From: Balanoglossus misakiensis
Lineage: Eukaryota > Animalia > Hemichordata
DNA: 64,000 bases
Assembly: GCA_040954595.2 (NCBI GenBank)
Contig: CM082598.2
Coordinates: 6,773,097-6,837,096 of the forward strand
Direction: 5' to 3'
The translations under genes were made by a program, and so were the position numbers. Shown piece after piece: positions 1-15,000 of the stretch. The first letter of the stretch is position 1. Each line of letters opens with the position of its first letter. The notes below the pieces were generated by a model. That model saw only the letters and a program-made list of their open reading frames with translations. It was not told the origin of the DNA and searched no databases.

Positions 1-3000
1 ATCAGGGTAAATGGCGAAGCAAGCTTGATGATCATCACGGTAGAGAGTGATGCAAACACTTCGCTTTGACATAGGTATAACATGCATATGGGGATTTCAA
101 ATTGATTATAAATCCCTGGGTTAATACGTGTCCAAAAGCACTGTAATTTGACATTGCGTATGCAATTGTGACGCTAAAACTGATTCTTTGCATCAGGGCA
201 AATTGTGAAGCATGCTTGATGATGCGTCAGAGTCAATTCCTGGGTTAATACGTGTCAAAAAGCACTGTAATTTGACATTGCGTATGCAATTGTGACGCTA
301 AAACTGATTCTTTGCATCAGGGCAAATTGTGAAGCATGCTTGATGATGCGTCAGAGTCAATTCCTGGGTTAATACGTGTCAAAAAGCACTGTAATTTGAC
401 ATTGGTAATGCAACGGTGACATTGAATCTGATTCTTTGCATTAGGGCAAATGGCGAAGCAAGCTTAATGATGGATCAGAGTAGATGGTGATGCAAGCTCT
501 GCACTTTGACATAGGTATTTAATGTATTTGCATGGGTATTTAATGTTGACTGAAAATTCCTGGGTTAATACGTGTCCAAAAGCACTGTTATTTGACATTG
601 CTAATGCAATGGTGACATTGAATGTGCTTCTTTGCATCAGGGTAAATGGCAATGCAGGCTTGATGATGCATAATGGTAGAGAGTGATGAAAACACTTCGC
701 TTTGACGTTGATATAAAATGCATATGGGGATTTCAAGTTGATTATAAATCCCTCAGTTATTACGTGTCGAAAAGCACTGTAATTTAAAATTGCTAATGCG
801 ATGGTGACATTGAATCTGATTCTTTGCATCAGGGCAAATAGTGAAGCATGCTTGATGATGCAAACACTGCATTTTGACATAGGTATTTAATGCATATGCA
901 TGGGTATTTGAAGTTGTCTGTAAATCTCCAGGTTAATACGTAGCCAAAAGCACTGTAATTTGACATTGCTAATGCAATGGTGACACTAAATCTGATTCTT
1001 TGTATCAGGGTAAATGGCGAAGCAAGCTTGATGATCATCACGGTAGAGAGTGATGCAAACACTTCGCTTTGACATAGGTATAACATGCATATGGGGATTT
1101 CAAATTGATTATAAATCCCTGGGTTAATACGTGTCCAAAAGCACTGTAATTTGACATTGCTTATGCAATTGTGACGCTAAAACTGATTCTTTGCATCAGG
1201 GCAAATTGTGAAGCATGCTTGATGATGCGTCAGAGTCAATTCCTGGGTTAATACGTGTCAAAAAGCACTGTAATTTGACATTGGTAATGCAACGGTGACA
1301 TTGAATCTGATTCTTTGCATCAGGGTAAATGGCGATGCAAGCTTGATGATGAATCACGGTAGATAGTGATGCAAACACTTCGCTTTGACATGGGTATTTA
1401 ATGCATATGGGGATTTCAAGTTAATTGTAAATCCCTGGGTTAATACGTGGCCAAACGCACTGTAATTTGACATTGCTAATGCAATGGTGACATTGAATGT
1501 AATTCTTTGCATTAGGGCAAATGGCGAAGCAAGCTTAATGATGGATCAGAGTAGATGGTCATGCAAGCTCTGCACTTTGACATAGGTATTTAATGTATTT
1601 GCATGGGTATTTAATGTTGACTGAAAATTCCTGGGTTAATACGTGTCCAAAAGCACTGTCATTTGACATTGCTAATGCAATGGTGACATTGAATGAGATT
1701 CTTTGCATCAGGGTAAATGGCAATGCAGGCTTGATGATGCATAATGGTAGAGAGTGATGAAAACACTTCGCTTTGACATGGGTATAAAATGCATATGGGG
1801 ATTTCAAGTTGATTATAAATCCCTCAGTTATTACGTGTCGAAAAGCACTGTAATTTAAAATTGCTAATGCGATGGTGACATTGAATCTGATTCTTTGCAT
1901 CAGGGCAAATAGTGAAGCATGCTTGATGATGCAAACACTGCATTTTGACATAGGTATTTAATGCATATGCATGGGTATTTGAAGTTGTCTGTAAATCTCC
2001 AGGTTAATACGTAGCCAAAAGCACTGTAATTTGACATTGCTAATGCAATGGTGACACTAAATCTGATTCTTTGTATCAGGGTAAATGGCGAAGCAAGCTT
2101 GATGATGAATCACGGTAGATAGTGATGCAAACACTTCGCTTTGACATGGGTATTTAATGCATATGGGGATTTCAAGTTAATTGTAAATCCCTGGGTTAAT
2201 TCGTGGCCAAACGCACTGTAATTTGACATTTCTAATGCAATGGTGACATTGAATGTAATTCTTTGCATTAGGGCAAATGGCGAAGCAAGCTTAATGATGG
2301 ATCAGAGTAGATGGTGATGCAAGCTCTGCACTTTGACATAGGTATTTAATGTATTTGCATGGGTATTTAATGTTGACTGAAAATTCCTGGGTTAATACGT
2401 GTCCAAAAGCACTGTAATTTGACATTGCTAATGCAATGGTGACACTAAATCTGATTCTTTGTATCAGGGTAAATGGCAAAGCAAGCCTGATGATCATCAC
2501 GGTAGAGAGTGATGCAAACACTTTGCTTTGACATGGGTATAAAATGCATATGGGGATTTCAAGTTGATTATAAATCCCTCAGTTAATACGTGTCGAAAAG
2601 CACTGTAATTTAAAATTACTAATGCAATGGTGACATTGACTCTGATTCTTTGCATCAGGGCAAATAGTGAAGCATGCTTGATGATGCAAACACTGCATTT
2701 TGACATAGGTATTTAATGCATATGCATGGGTATTTGAAGTTGTCTGTAAATCTCTAGGTTAATACATAGCCAAAAGCACTGTAATTTGACATTGCTAATG
2801 CAATGGTGACACTAAATCTGATTCTTTGTATCAGGGTAAATGGCGAAGCAAGCTTGATGATCATTACGGTAGAGAGTGATGCAAACACTTCGCTTTGACA
2901 TAGGTATAACATGCATATGGGGATTTCAAGTTGATTATAAATCCCTGGGTTAATACGTGTCCAAAAGCAATGTAATTTGACATTGCTTATGCTATAGTGA

Positions 3001-6000
3001 CACTAAAACTGATTCTTTGCATCAGGGCAAATTGTGAAGCATGCTTGATGATGCGTCAGAGTCAATTCCTGGGTTAATACGTGTCAAAAAGCACTGTAAT
3101 TTGACATTGCTAATGCAACGGTGACATTGAATCTGATTCTTTGCATCAGGGTAAATGGCGATGCAAGCTTGATGATGAATCACGGTAGATAGTGATGCAA
3201 ACACTTCGCTTTGACATGGGTATTTAATGCATATGGGGATTTCAAGTTAATTGTAAATCCCTGGGTTAATTCGTGGCCAAACGCACTGTAATTTGACATT
3301 TCTAATGCAATGGTGACATTGAATGTAATTCTTTGCATTAGGGCAAATGGCGAAGCAAGCTTAATGATGGATCAGAGTAGATGGTGATGCAAGCTCTGCA
3401 CTTTGACATAGGTATTTAATGTATTTGCATGGGTATTTAATGTTGACTGAAAATTCCTGGGTTAATACGTGTCCAAAAGCACTGTAATTTGACATTGCTA
3501 ATGCAATGGTGACATTGAATGTGATTCTTTGCATCAGGGTAAATGGCAATGCAGGCTTGATGATGCATAATGGTAGCGAGTGATGAAAACACTTCGCTTT
3601 GACATGGGTATAAAATGCATATGGGGATTTCAAGTTGATTATAAATCCCTCAGTTATTACGTGTCGAAAAGCACTGTAATTTAAAATTGCTAATGCGATG
3701 GTGACATTGAATCTGATTCTTTGCATCAGGGCAAATAGTGAGGCATGCTTGATGATGCAAACACTGCATTTTGACATAGGTATTTAATGCATATGCATGG
3801 GTATTTGAAGTTGTCTGTAAATCTCCAGGTTAATACGTAGCCAAAAGCACTGTAATTTGACATTGCTAATGCAATGGTGACACTAAATCTGATTCTTTGC
3901 ATCAGGGCAAATAGTGAAGCATGCTTGATGATGCAAATACTGCATTTTGACATAGGTATTTAATGCATATGCATGGGTATTTGAAGTTGTCTGTAAATCT
4001 CCAGGTTAATACGTAGCCAAAAGCACTGTAATTTGACATTGCTAATGCAATGGTGACACTAAATCTGATTCTTTGTATCAGGGTAAATGGCAAAGCAAGC
4101 CTGATGATCATCACGGTAGAGAGTGATGCAAACACTTCGCTTTGACATGGGTATAAAATGCATATGGGGATTTCAAGTTGATTATAAATCCCTCAGTTAA
4201 TACGTGTCGAAAAGCACTGTAATTTAAAATTGCTAATGCGATGGTGACATTGAATCTGATTCTTTGCATCAGGGCAAATAGTGACGCATGCTTGATGATG
4301 CAAACACTGCATTTTGACATAGGTATTTAATGCATATGCATGGGTATTTGAAGTTGTCTGTAAATCTCCAGGTTAATACGTAGCCAAAAGCACTGTAATT
4401 TGACATTGCTAATGCAATGGTGACACTAAATCTGATTCTTTGTATCAGGGTAAATGGCGAAGCAAGCTTGATGATCATCACGGTAGAGAGTGATGTAAAC
4501 ACTTCGCTTTGACATAGGTATAACATGCATATGGGGATTTCAAGTTGATTATAAATCCCTGGGTTATTACGTGTCCAAAAGCACTGTAATTTGACATTGC
4601 TTATGCTATAGTGACGCTAAAACTGATTCTTTGCATCAGGGCAAATTGTGAAGCATTCTTGATGATGCGTCAGAGTCAATTCCTGGGTTAATACGTGTCA
4701 AACAGCACTGTAATTTGACATTGCTAATGCAACGGTGACATTGAATCTGATTCTTTGCATCAGGGTAAATGGCGATGCAAGCTTGATGATGAATCACGGT
4801 AGATAGTGATGCAAACACTTCGCTTTGACATGGGTATTTAATGCATATGGGGATTTCAAGTTAATTGTAAATCCCTGGGTTAATACGTGGCCAAACGCAC
4901 TGTAATTTGACATTGCTAATGCAATGGTGACATTGAATGTAATTCTTTGCATTAGGGCAAATGGCGAAGCAAGCTTAATGATGGATCAGAGTAGATGGTG
5001 ATGCAAGCTCTGCACTTTGACATAGGTATTTAATGTATTTGCATGGGTATTTAATGTTGACTGAAAATTCCTGGGTTAATACGTGTCCAAAAGCACTGTT
5101 ATTTGACATTGCTAATGCAATGGTGACATTGAATGTGCTTCTTTGCATCAGGGTAAATGGCAATGCAGGCTTGATGATGCATAATGGTAGAGAGTGATGA
5201 AAACACTTCGCTTTGACATGGGTATAAAATGCATATGGGGATTTCAAGTTGATTATAAATCCCTCAGTTATTACGTGTCGAAAAGCACTGTAATTTAAAA
5301 TTGCTAAAGCGATGGTGACATTGAATCTGATTCTTTGCATCAGGGCAAATAGTGAAGCATGCTTGATGATGCAAACACTGCATTTTGACATAGGTATTTA
5401 ATGCATATGCATGGGTATTTGAAGTTGTCTGTAAATCTCCAGGTTAATACGTAGCCAAAAGCACTGTAATTTGACATTGCTAATGCAATGGTGACACTAA
5501 ATCTGATTCTTTGTATCAGGGTAAATGGCGAAGCAAGCTTGATGATCATCACGGTAGAGAGTGATGCAAACACTTCGCTTTGACATAGGTATAACATGCA
5601 TATGGGGATTTCAAGTTGATTATAAATCCCTGGGTTATTACGTGTCCAAAAGCACTCTAATTTGACATTGCTTATGCTATAGTGACGCTAAAACTGATTC
5701 TTTGCATCAGGGCAAATTGTGAAGCATTCTTGATGATGCGTCAGAGTCAATTCCTGGGTTAATACGTGTCAAACAGCACTGTAATTTGACATTGCTAATG
5801 CAACGGTGACATTGAATCTGATTCTTTGCATCAGGGTAAATGGCGATGCAAGCTTGATGATGAATCACGGTAGATAGTGATGCAAACACTTCGCTTTGAC
5901 ATGGGTATTTAATGCATATGGGGATTTCAAGTTAATTGTAAATCCCTGGGTTAATACGTGGCCAAACGCACTGTAATTTGACATTGCTAATGCAATGGTG

Positions 6001-9000
6001 ACATTGAATGTAATTCTTTGCATTAGGGCAAATGGCGAAGCAAGCTTAATGATGGATCAGAGTAGATGGTGATGCAAGCTCTGCACTTTGACATAGGTAT
6101 TTAATGTATTTGCATGGGTATTTAATGTTGACTGAAAATTCCTGGGTTAATACGTGTCCAAAAGCACTGTTATTTGACATTGCTAATGCAATGGTGACAT
6201 TGAATGTGCTTCTTTGCATCAGGGTAAATGGCAATGCAGGCTTGATGATGCATAATGGTAGAGAGTGATGAAAACACTTCGCTTTGACATGGGTATAAAA
6301 TGCATATGGGGATTTCAAGTTGATTATAAATCCCTCAGTTACTACGTGTCGAAAAGCACTGTAATTTAAAATTGCTAATGCGATGGTGACATTGAATCTG
6401 ATTCTTTGCATCAGGGCAAATAGTGAAGCATGCTTGATGATGCAAACACTGCATTTTGACATAGGTATTTAATGCATATGCATGGGTATTTGAAGTTGTC
6501 TGTAAATCTCCAGGTTAATACGTAGCCAAAAGCACTGTAATTTGACATTGCTAATGCAATGGTGACACTAAATCTGATTCTTTGTATCAGGGTAAATGGC
6601 GAAGCAAGCTTGATGATCATCACGGTAGAGAGTGATGCAAACACTTCGCTTTGACATAGGTATAACATGCATATGGGGATTTCAAATTGATTATAAATCC
6701 CTGGGTTAATACGTGTCCAAAAGCACTGTAATTTGACATTGCTTATGCAATTGTGACGCTAAAACTGATTCTTTGCATCAGGGCAAATTGTGAAGCATGC
6801 TTGATGATGCGTCAGAGTCAATTCCTGGGTTAATACGTGTCAAAAAGCACTGTAATTTGACATTGGTAATGCAACGGTGACATTGAATCTGATTCTTTGC
6901 ATCAGGGTAAATGGCGATGCAAGCTTGATGATGAATCACGGTAGATAGTGATGCAAACACTTCGCTTTGACATGGGTATTTAATGCATATGGGGATTTCA
7001 AGTTAATTGTAAATCCCTGGGTTAATACGTGGCCAAACGCACTGTAATTTGACATTGCTAATGCAACATTGACATTGAATCTGATTCTTTGCATCAGGGT
7101 AAATGGCGAAGCAAGCTTAATGATGGATCAGAGTAGATGGTGATGCAAGCTGTGCACTTTGACATAGGTATTTAATGAATTTGCATGGGAATTTCATGTT
7201 GACTGAAAATTCCTGGGTTAATACGTGTCCAAAAGCACTGTAATTTGACATTGCTAATGCAACGGTGACATAGAATCTGATTCTTTGCATCAGGGTAAAT
7301 GGCGATGCAAGCTTGATGATGAATCACGGTAGATAGTGATGCAAACACTTCGCTTTGACATGGGTATTTAATGCATATGGGGATTTCAAGTTAATTGTAA
7401 ATCCCTGGGTTAATACGTGGCCAAACGCACTGTAATTTGACATTGCTAATGCAATGGTGACATTGAATGTAATTCTTTGCATTAGGGCAAATGGCGAAGC
7501 AAGCTTAATGATGGATCAGAGTAGATGGTGATGCAAGCTCTGCACTTTGACATAGGTATTTAATGTATATGCATGGGAATTTCATGTTGACTAAAAATTC
7601 CTGGGTTAATACGTGTCCAAAAGCACTGTAATTTGACATTGCTAATGCAACGGTGACATTGAATCTGATTCTTTGCATCAGGGTAAATGGCGAAGCAAGG
7701 TTAATGATGGATCAGAGTAGATGGTGATGCAAGCTCTGCACTTTGACATAGGTATTTAATGTATTTGCATGGGTATTTAATGTTGACTGAAAATTCCTGG
7801 GTTAATACATGTCCAAAAGCACTGTAATTTGACATTGCTAATGCAATGTTGACATGGAATGTGATTCTTTGCATCAGGGTAAATGGCGATGCAGGCTTGA
7901 TGGTGCATAATGGTAGAGAGTGATGCAAACACTTCGCTTTGACATAGGTATAACATGCATATGGGGATTTCAAGTTAATTATAAATCCCTCAGTTAATAC
8001 GTGTCGAAAAGCACTGTAATTTAAAATTGCTAATGCAAGGGTGACATTGAATGTGATTATTTGCATTAGGGCAAATGGCGAAGCAAGCTTAATGATCAAC
8101 ACGGTAGAGAGTGATGCAAACACTTCGCTTTGACATAGGTATAACATGCATATGGGGATTTCAAGTTGATTATAAATCCCTGGGTTAATACGTGTCCAAA
8201 AGCACTGTAATTTGACATTGCTTATGCAATAGTGACACTAAAACTGATTCTTTGCATCAGGGCAAATGGCGAAGCAAGCTTAATGATGGATCAGAGTAGA
8301 ATGTGACGCAAGGTCTGCACTTTGACATAGGTATTTAATGCATATGCATGGGTATTTGAAGTTGTCTGTAAATCTCCAGGTTAATACGTAGCCAAAAGCA
8401 CTGTAATTTGACATTGCTAATGCAATGGTGACACTAAATCTGATTCTTTGTATCAGGGTAAATGGCGAAGCAAGCTTGATGATCATCACGGTAGAGAGTG
8501 ATGCAAACACTTCGCTTTGACATAGGTATAACATGCATATGGGGATTTCAAGTTAATTGTAAATTCCTGGGTTAATACGTGTCAAAAAGCACTGTAATTT
8601 GACATTGCTAATGCAACGGTGACATTGAATCTGATTCTTTGCATCAGGGTAAATGGCGATGCAATTGACATTGCTAATGCAATGGTGACATTGAATCTGA
8701 TTCTTTGCATCAGGGTAAATGGCGATGCAAGCTTGATGATGAATCACGGTAGATAGTGATGCAAACACTTCGCTTTGACATGGGTATTTAATGCATATGG
8801 GGATTTCAAGTTAATTGTAAATCCCTGGGTTAATACGTGGCCAAACGCACTGTAATTTGACATTGCTAATGCAATGGTGACATTGAATGTAATTCTTTGC
8901 ATTAGGGCAAATGGCGAAGCAAGCTTAATGATGGATCACAGTGGATGGTGATGCAAGCTCTGCACTTTGACATAGGTATTTAATGTATTTGCATGGGTAT

Positions 9001-12000
9001 TTAATGTTGACTGAAAATTCCTGGGTTAATACATGTCCAAAAGCACTGTAATTTGACATTGCTAATGCAATGTTGACATGGAATGTGATTCTTTGCATCA
9101 GGGTAAATGGCGATGCAGGCTTGATGGTGCATAATGGTAGAGAGTGATGCAAACACTTCGCTTTGACATAGGTATAACATGCATATGGGGATTTCAAGTT
9201 GATTATAAATCCCTCAGTTAATACGTGTCGAAAAGCACTGTAATTTAAAATTGCTAATGCAAGGGTGACATTGAATGTGATTCTTTGCATTACGGCAAAT
9301 GGCGAAGCAAGCTTAATGATGCATCAGAGTAGAATGTGATGCAAGGTCTGCACTTTGACATAGGTATTTAATGCATATGCATGGGTATTTGAAGTTGTCT
9401 GTAAATCTCCAGGTTAATACGTAGCCAAAAGCACTGTAATTTGACATTGCTAATGCAATGGTGACACTAAATCTGATTCTTTGTATCAGGGTAAATGGCG
9501 AAGCAAGCTTGATGATCAACACGGTAGAGAGTGATGCAAACACTTCGCTTTGACATAGGTATAACATGCATATGGGGATTTCAAGTTGATTATAAATCCC
9601 TGGGTTAATACGTGTCCAAAAGCACTGTAATTTGACATTGCTTATGCAATAGTGACACTAAAACTGATTCTTTGCATCAGGGCAAATTGTGAAGCATGCT
9701 TGATGATGCGTCAGAGTCAATTCCTGGGTTAATACGTGTCAAAAAGCACTGTAATTTGACATTGCTAATGCAACGGTGACACTGAATCTGATTCTTTGCA
9801 TCAGGGTAAATGGCGATGCAAGCTTGATGATGAATCACGGTAGATAGTGATGCAAACACTTCGCTTTGACATGGGTATTTAATGCATATGGGGATTTCAA
9901 GTTAATTGTAAATCCCTGGGTTAATACGTGGCCAAACGCACTGTAATTTGACATTGCTAATGCAATGGTGACATTGAATGTAATTCTTTGCATTAGGGCA
10001 AATGGCGAAGCAAGCTTAATGATGGATCAGAGTAGATGGTGATGCAAGCTCTGCACTTTGACATAGGTATTTAATGTATATGCATGGGAATTTCATGTTG
10101 ACTAGAAAATTCCTGGGTTAATACGTGTCCAAAAGCACTGTAATTTGACATTGCTAATGCAAAGGTGACATTGAATCTGATTCTTTGCATCAGGGTAAAT
10201 GGCGAAGCAAGGTTAATGATGGATCAGAGTAGATGGTGATGCAAGCTCTGCACTTTGACATAGGTATTTAATGAATTTGCATGGGAATTTCATGTTGACT
10301 GAAAATTCCTGGGTTAATACGTGTCCAAAAGCACTGTAATTTGACATTGCTAATGCAACGGTGACATTGAATGTAATTCTTTGCATTAGGGCAAATGGCG
10401 AAGCAAGCTTAATGATGGATCAGAGTAGATGGTGATGCAAGCTCTGCACTTTGACATAGGTATTTAATGTATATGCATGGGAATTTCATGTTGACTGAAT
10501 ATTCCTGGGTTAATACGTGTCCAAAAGCACTGTAATTTGACATTGCTAATGCAACGGTGACATTGAATCTGATTCTTTGCATCAGGGTAAATGGCAAGCA
10601 AGCTTAATGATAGATCAGAGTAGATGGTGATGCAAGCTCTGCACTTTGACATAGGTATTTAATGTATTTGCATGGGTATTTAATGTTGACTGAAAATTCC
10701 TGGGTTAATACATGTCCAAAAGCACTATAATTTGACATTGCTAATGCAATGTTGACATGGAATGTGATTCTTTGCATCAGGGTAAATGGCGATGCAGGCT
10801 TGATGGTGCATAATGGTAGAGAGTGATGCAAACACTTCGCTTTGACATAGGTATAACATGCATATGGGGATTTCAAGTTGATTATAAATCCCTCAGTTAA
10901 TACGTGTTGAAAAGCACTGTAATTTAAAATTGCTAATGCAAGGGTGACATTGAATGTGATTCTTTGCATTAGGGCAAATGGCGAAGCAAGCTTAATGATG
11001 CATCAGAGTAGAATGTGACGCAAGGTCTGCACTTTGACATAGGTATTTAATGCATATGCATGGGTATTTAAAGTTGATTATAAATCCCTCAGTTAATACA
11101 TGTCGAAAAGCACTGTAATTTAAAATTGCTAATGCGATGGGGACAATGAATCTGATTCTTTGCATCAGGGCAAATAGTGAAGCATGCTTGATGATGCAAA
11201 AACTGCATTTTGACATAGGTATTTAATGCATATGCATGGGTATATGAAGTTGTCTGTAAATCTCCAGGTTAATACATAGCCAAAAGCACTGTAATTTGAC
11301 ATTGCTAATGCAATGGTGACACTAAATCTGATTCTTTGTATCAGGGTAAATGGCGAAGCAAACTTGATGATCATCACGGTAGAGAGTGATGCAAACACTT
11401 CGCTTTGACTTAGGTATAACATGCATATGGGGATTTCAAGTTGATTATAAATCCCTGGGTTAATACGTGTCCAAAAGCACTGTAATTTGACATTGCTATG
11501 CAATGGTGACATTGAATCTGATTCTTTGCATCAGGGTAAATGGCGATGCAAGCTTGATGATGAATCACGGTAGATAGTGATGCAAACATTTCGCTTTGAC
11601 ATGGGTATTTAATGCATATGGGGATTTCAAGTTAATTTTAAATCCCTGGGTTAATACGTGGCCAAACGTACTGTAATTTGACATTGCTAATGCAATGGTG
11701 ACATTGAATGTAATTCTTTGCATTAGGGCAAATGGCGGAGCAAGCTTAATGATGGATCAGAGTAGATGGTGATGCAAGCTCTGCACTTTGACATAGGTAT
11801 TTAATGAATTTGCATGGGAATTTCATGTTGACTGAAAATTCCTGGGTTAATACGTGTCCAAAAGCACTGTAATTTGACATTGCTAATGCAACGGTGACAT
11901 TGAATGTAATTCTTTGCATTAGGGCAAATGGCGAAGCAAGCTTAATGATGGATCAGAGTAGATGGTGATGCAAGCTCTGCACTTTGACATAGGTATTTAA

Positions 12001-15000
12001 TGTATATGCATGGGAATTTCATGTTGACTGAAAATTCCTGGGTTAATACATGTCCAAAAGCACTGTAATTTGACATTGCTAATGCAACGGTGACATTGAA
12101 TCTGATTCTTTGCATCAGGGTAAATTCCAAGCAAGCTTAATGATAGATCAGAGTAGATGGTGATGCAAGCTCTGCACTTTGACATAGGTATTTAATGTAT
12201 ATGCATGGGAATTTCATGTTGACTGAATATTCCTGGGTTAATACGTGTCCAAAAGCACTGTAATTTGACATTGCTAATGCAACGGTGACATTGAATCTGA
12301 TTCTTTGCATCAGGGTAAATGGCAAGCAAGCTTAATGATAGATCAGAGTAGATGGTGATGCAAGCTCTGCACTTTGACATAGGTATTTAATGTATTTGCA
12401 TGGGTATTTAATGTTGACTGAAAATTCCTGGGTTAATACATGTCCAAAAGCACTATAATTTGACATTGCTAATGCAATGTTGACATGGAATGTGATTCTT
12501 TGCATCAGGGTAAATGGCGATGCAGGCTTGATGGTGCATAATGGTAGAGAGTGATGCAAACACTTCGCTTTGACATAGGTATAACATGCATATGGGGATT
12601 TCAAGTTGATTATAAATCCCTCAGTTAATACGTGTTGAAAAGCACTGTAATTTAAAATTGCTAATGCAAGGGTGACATTGAATGTGATTCTTTGCATTAG
12701 GGCAAATGGCGAAGCAAGCTTAATGATGCATCAGAGTAGAATGTGACGCAAGGTCTGCACTTTGACATAGGTATTTAATGCATATGCATGGGTATTTAAA
12801 GTTGATTATAAATCCCTCAGTTAATACATGTCGAAAAGCACTGTAATTTAAAATTGCTAATGCGATGGGGACAATGAATCTGATTCTTTGCATCAGGGCA
12901 AATAGTGAAGCATGCTTGATGATGCAAAAACTGCATTTTAACATAGGTATTTAATGCATATGCATGGGTATATGAAGTTGTCTGTAAATCTCCAGGTTAA
13001 TACATAGCCAAAAGCACTGTAATTTGACATTGCTAATGCAATGGTGACACTAAATCAGATTCTTTGTATCAGGGTAAATGGCGAAGCAAACTTGATGATC
13101 ATCACGGTAGAGAGTGATGCAAACACTTCGCTTTGACTTAGGTATAACATGCATATGGGGATTTCAAGTTGATTATAAATCCCTCAGTTAATACATGTCG
13201 AAAAGCACTGTAATTTAAAATTGCTAATGCGATGGGGACAATGAATCTGATTCTTTGCATCAGGGCAAATAGTGAAGCATGCTTGATGATGCAAAAACTG
13301 CATTTTGACATAGGTATTTAATGCATATGCATGGGTATATGAAGTTGTCTGTAAATCTCCAGGTTAATACATAGCCAAAAGCACTGTAATTTGACATTGC
13401 TAATGCAATGGTGACACTAAATCTGATTCTTTGTATCAGGGTAAATGGCGAAGCAAACTTGATGATCATCACGGTAGAGAGTGATGCAAACACTTCGCTT
13501 TGACTTAGGTATAACATGCATATGGGGATTTCAAGTTGATTATAAATCCCTGGGTTAATACGTGTCCAAAAGCACTGTAATTTGACATTGCTATGCAATG
13601 GTGACATTGAATCTGATTCTTTGCATCAGGGTAAATGGCGATGCAAGCTTGATGATGAATCACGGTAGATAGTGATGCAAACATTTCGCTTTGACATGGG
13701 TATTTAATGCATATGGGGATTTCAAGTTAATTGTAAATCCCTGGGTTAATACGTGGCCAAACGTACTGTAATTTGACATTGCTAATGCAACGGTGACATT
13801 GAATGTAATTCTTTGCATTAGGGCAAATGGCGAAGCAAGCTTAATGATGGATCAGAGTAGATGGTGATGCAAGCTCTGCACTTTGACATAGGTATTTAAT
13901 GTATATGCATGGGAATTTCATGTTGACTGAAAATTCCTGGGTTAATACATGTCCAAAAGCACTGTAATTTGACATTGCTAATGCAACGGTGACATTGAAT
14001 CTGATTCTTTGCATCAGGGTAAATTCCAAGCAAGCTTAATGATAGATCAGAGTAGATGGTGATGCAAGCTCTGCACTTTGACATAGGTATTTAATGTATT
14101 TGCATGGGTATTTAATGTTGACTGAAAATTCCTGGGTTAATACATGTCCAAAAGCACTATAATTTGACATTGCTAATGCAATGTTGACATGGAATGTGAT
14201 TCTTTGCATCAGGGTAAATGGCGATGCAGGCTTGATGGTGCATAATGGTAGAGAGTGATGCAAACACTTCGCTTTGACATAGGTATAACATGCATATGGG
14301 GATTTCAAGTTGATTATAAATCTCTCAGTTAATACGTGTTGAAAAGCACTGTAATTTAAAATTGCTAATGCAAGGGTGACATTGAATGTGATTCTTTGCA
14401 TTAGGGCAAATGGCGAAGCAAGCTTAATGATGCATCAGAGTAGAATGTGACGCAAGGTCTGCACTTTGACATAGGTATTTAATGCATATGCATGGGTATT
14501 TGAAGTTGTCTGTAAATCTCCAGGTTAATACGTAGCCAAAAGCACTGTAATTTGACATTGCTTATGCAATAGTGACACTAAAACTGATTCTTTGCATCAG
14601 GGCAAATTGTGAAGCATGCTTGATGATGCGTCAGAGTCAATTCCTGGGTTAATACGTGTCAAAAAGCACTGTAATTTGACATTGCTAATGCAACGGTGAC
14701 ACTGAATCTGATTCTTTGCATCTGGGTAAATGGCGATGCAAGCTTGATGATGAATCACGGTAGATAGTGATGCAAACACTTCGCTTTGACATGGGTATTT
14801 AATGCATATGGGGATTTCAAGTTAATTGTAAATCCCTGGGTTAATACGTGGCCAAACGCACTGTAATTTGACATTGCTAATGCAACGGTGACATTGAATG
14901 TAATTCTTTGCATTAGGGCAAATGGCGGAGCAAGCTTAATGATGGATCAGAGTAGATGGTGATGCAAGCTCTGCACTTTGACATAGGTATTTAATGTTGA

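Noticed and set aside
1378-1394. CENP-B box-like CTTCGCTTTGACATGGG in satellite A
   Set aside because: Spacing and core bases do not fit NTTCGNNNNANNCGGGN: there is one extra base and TGGG instead of CGGG.
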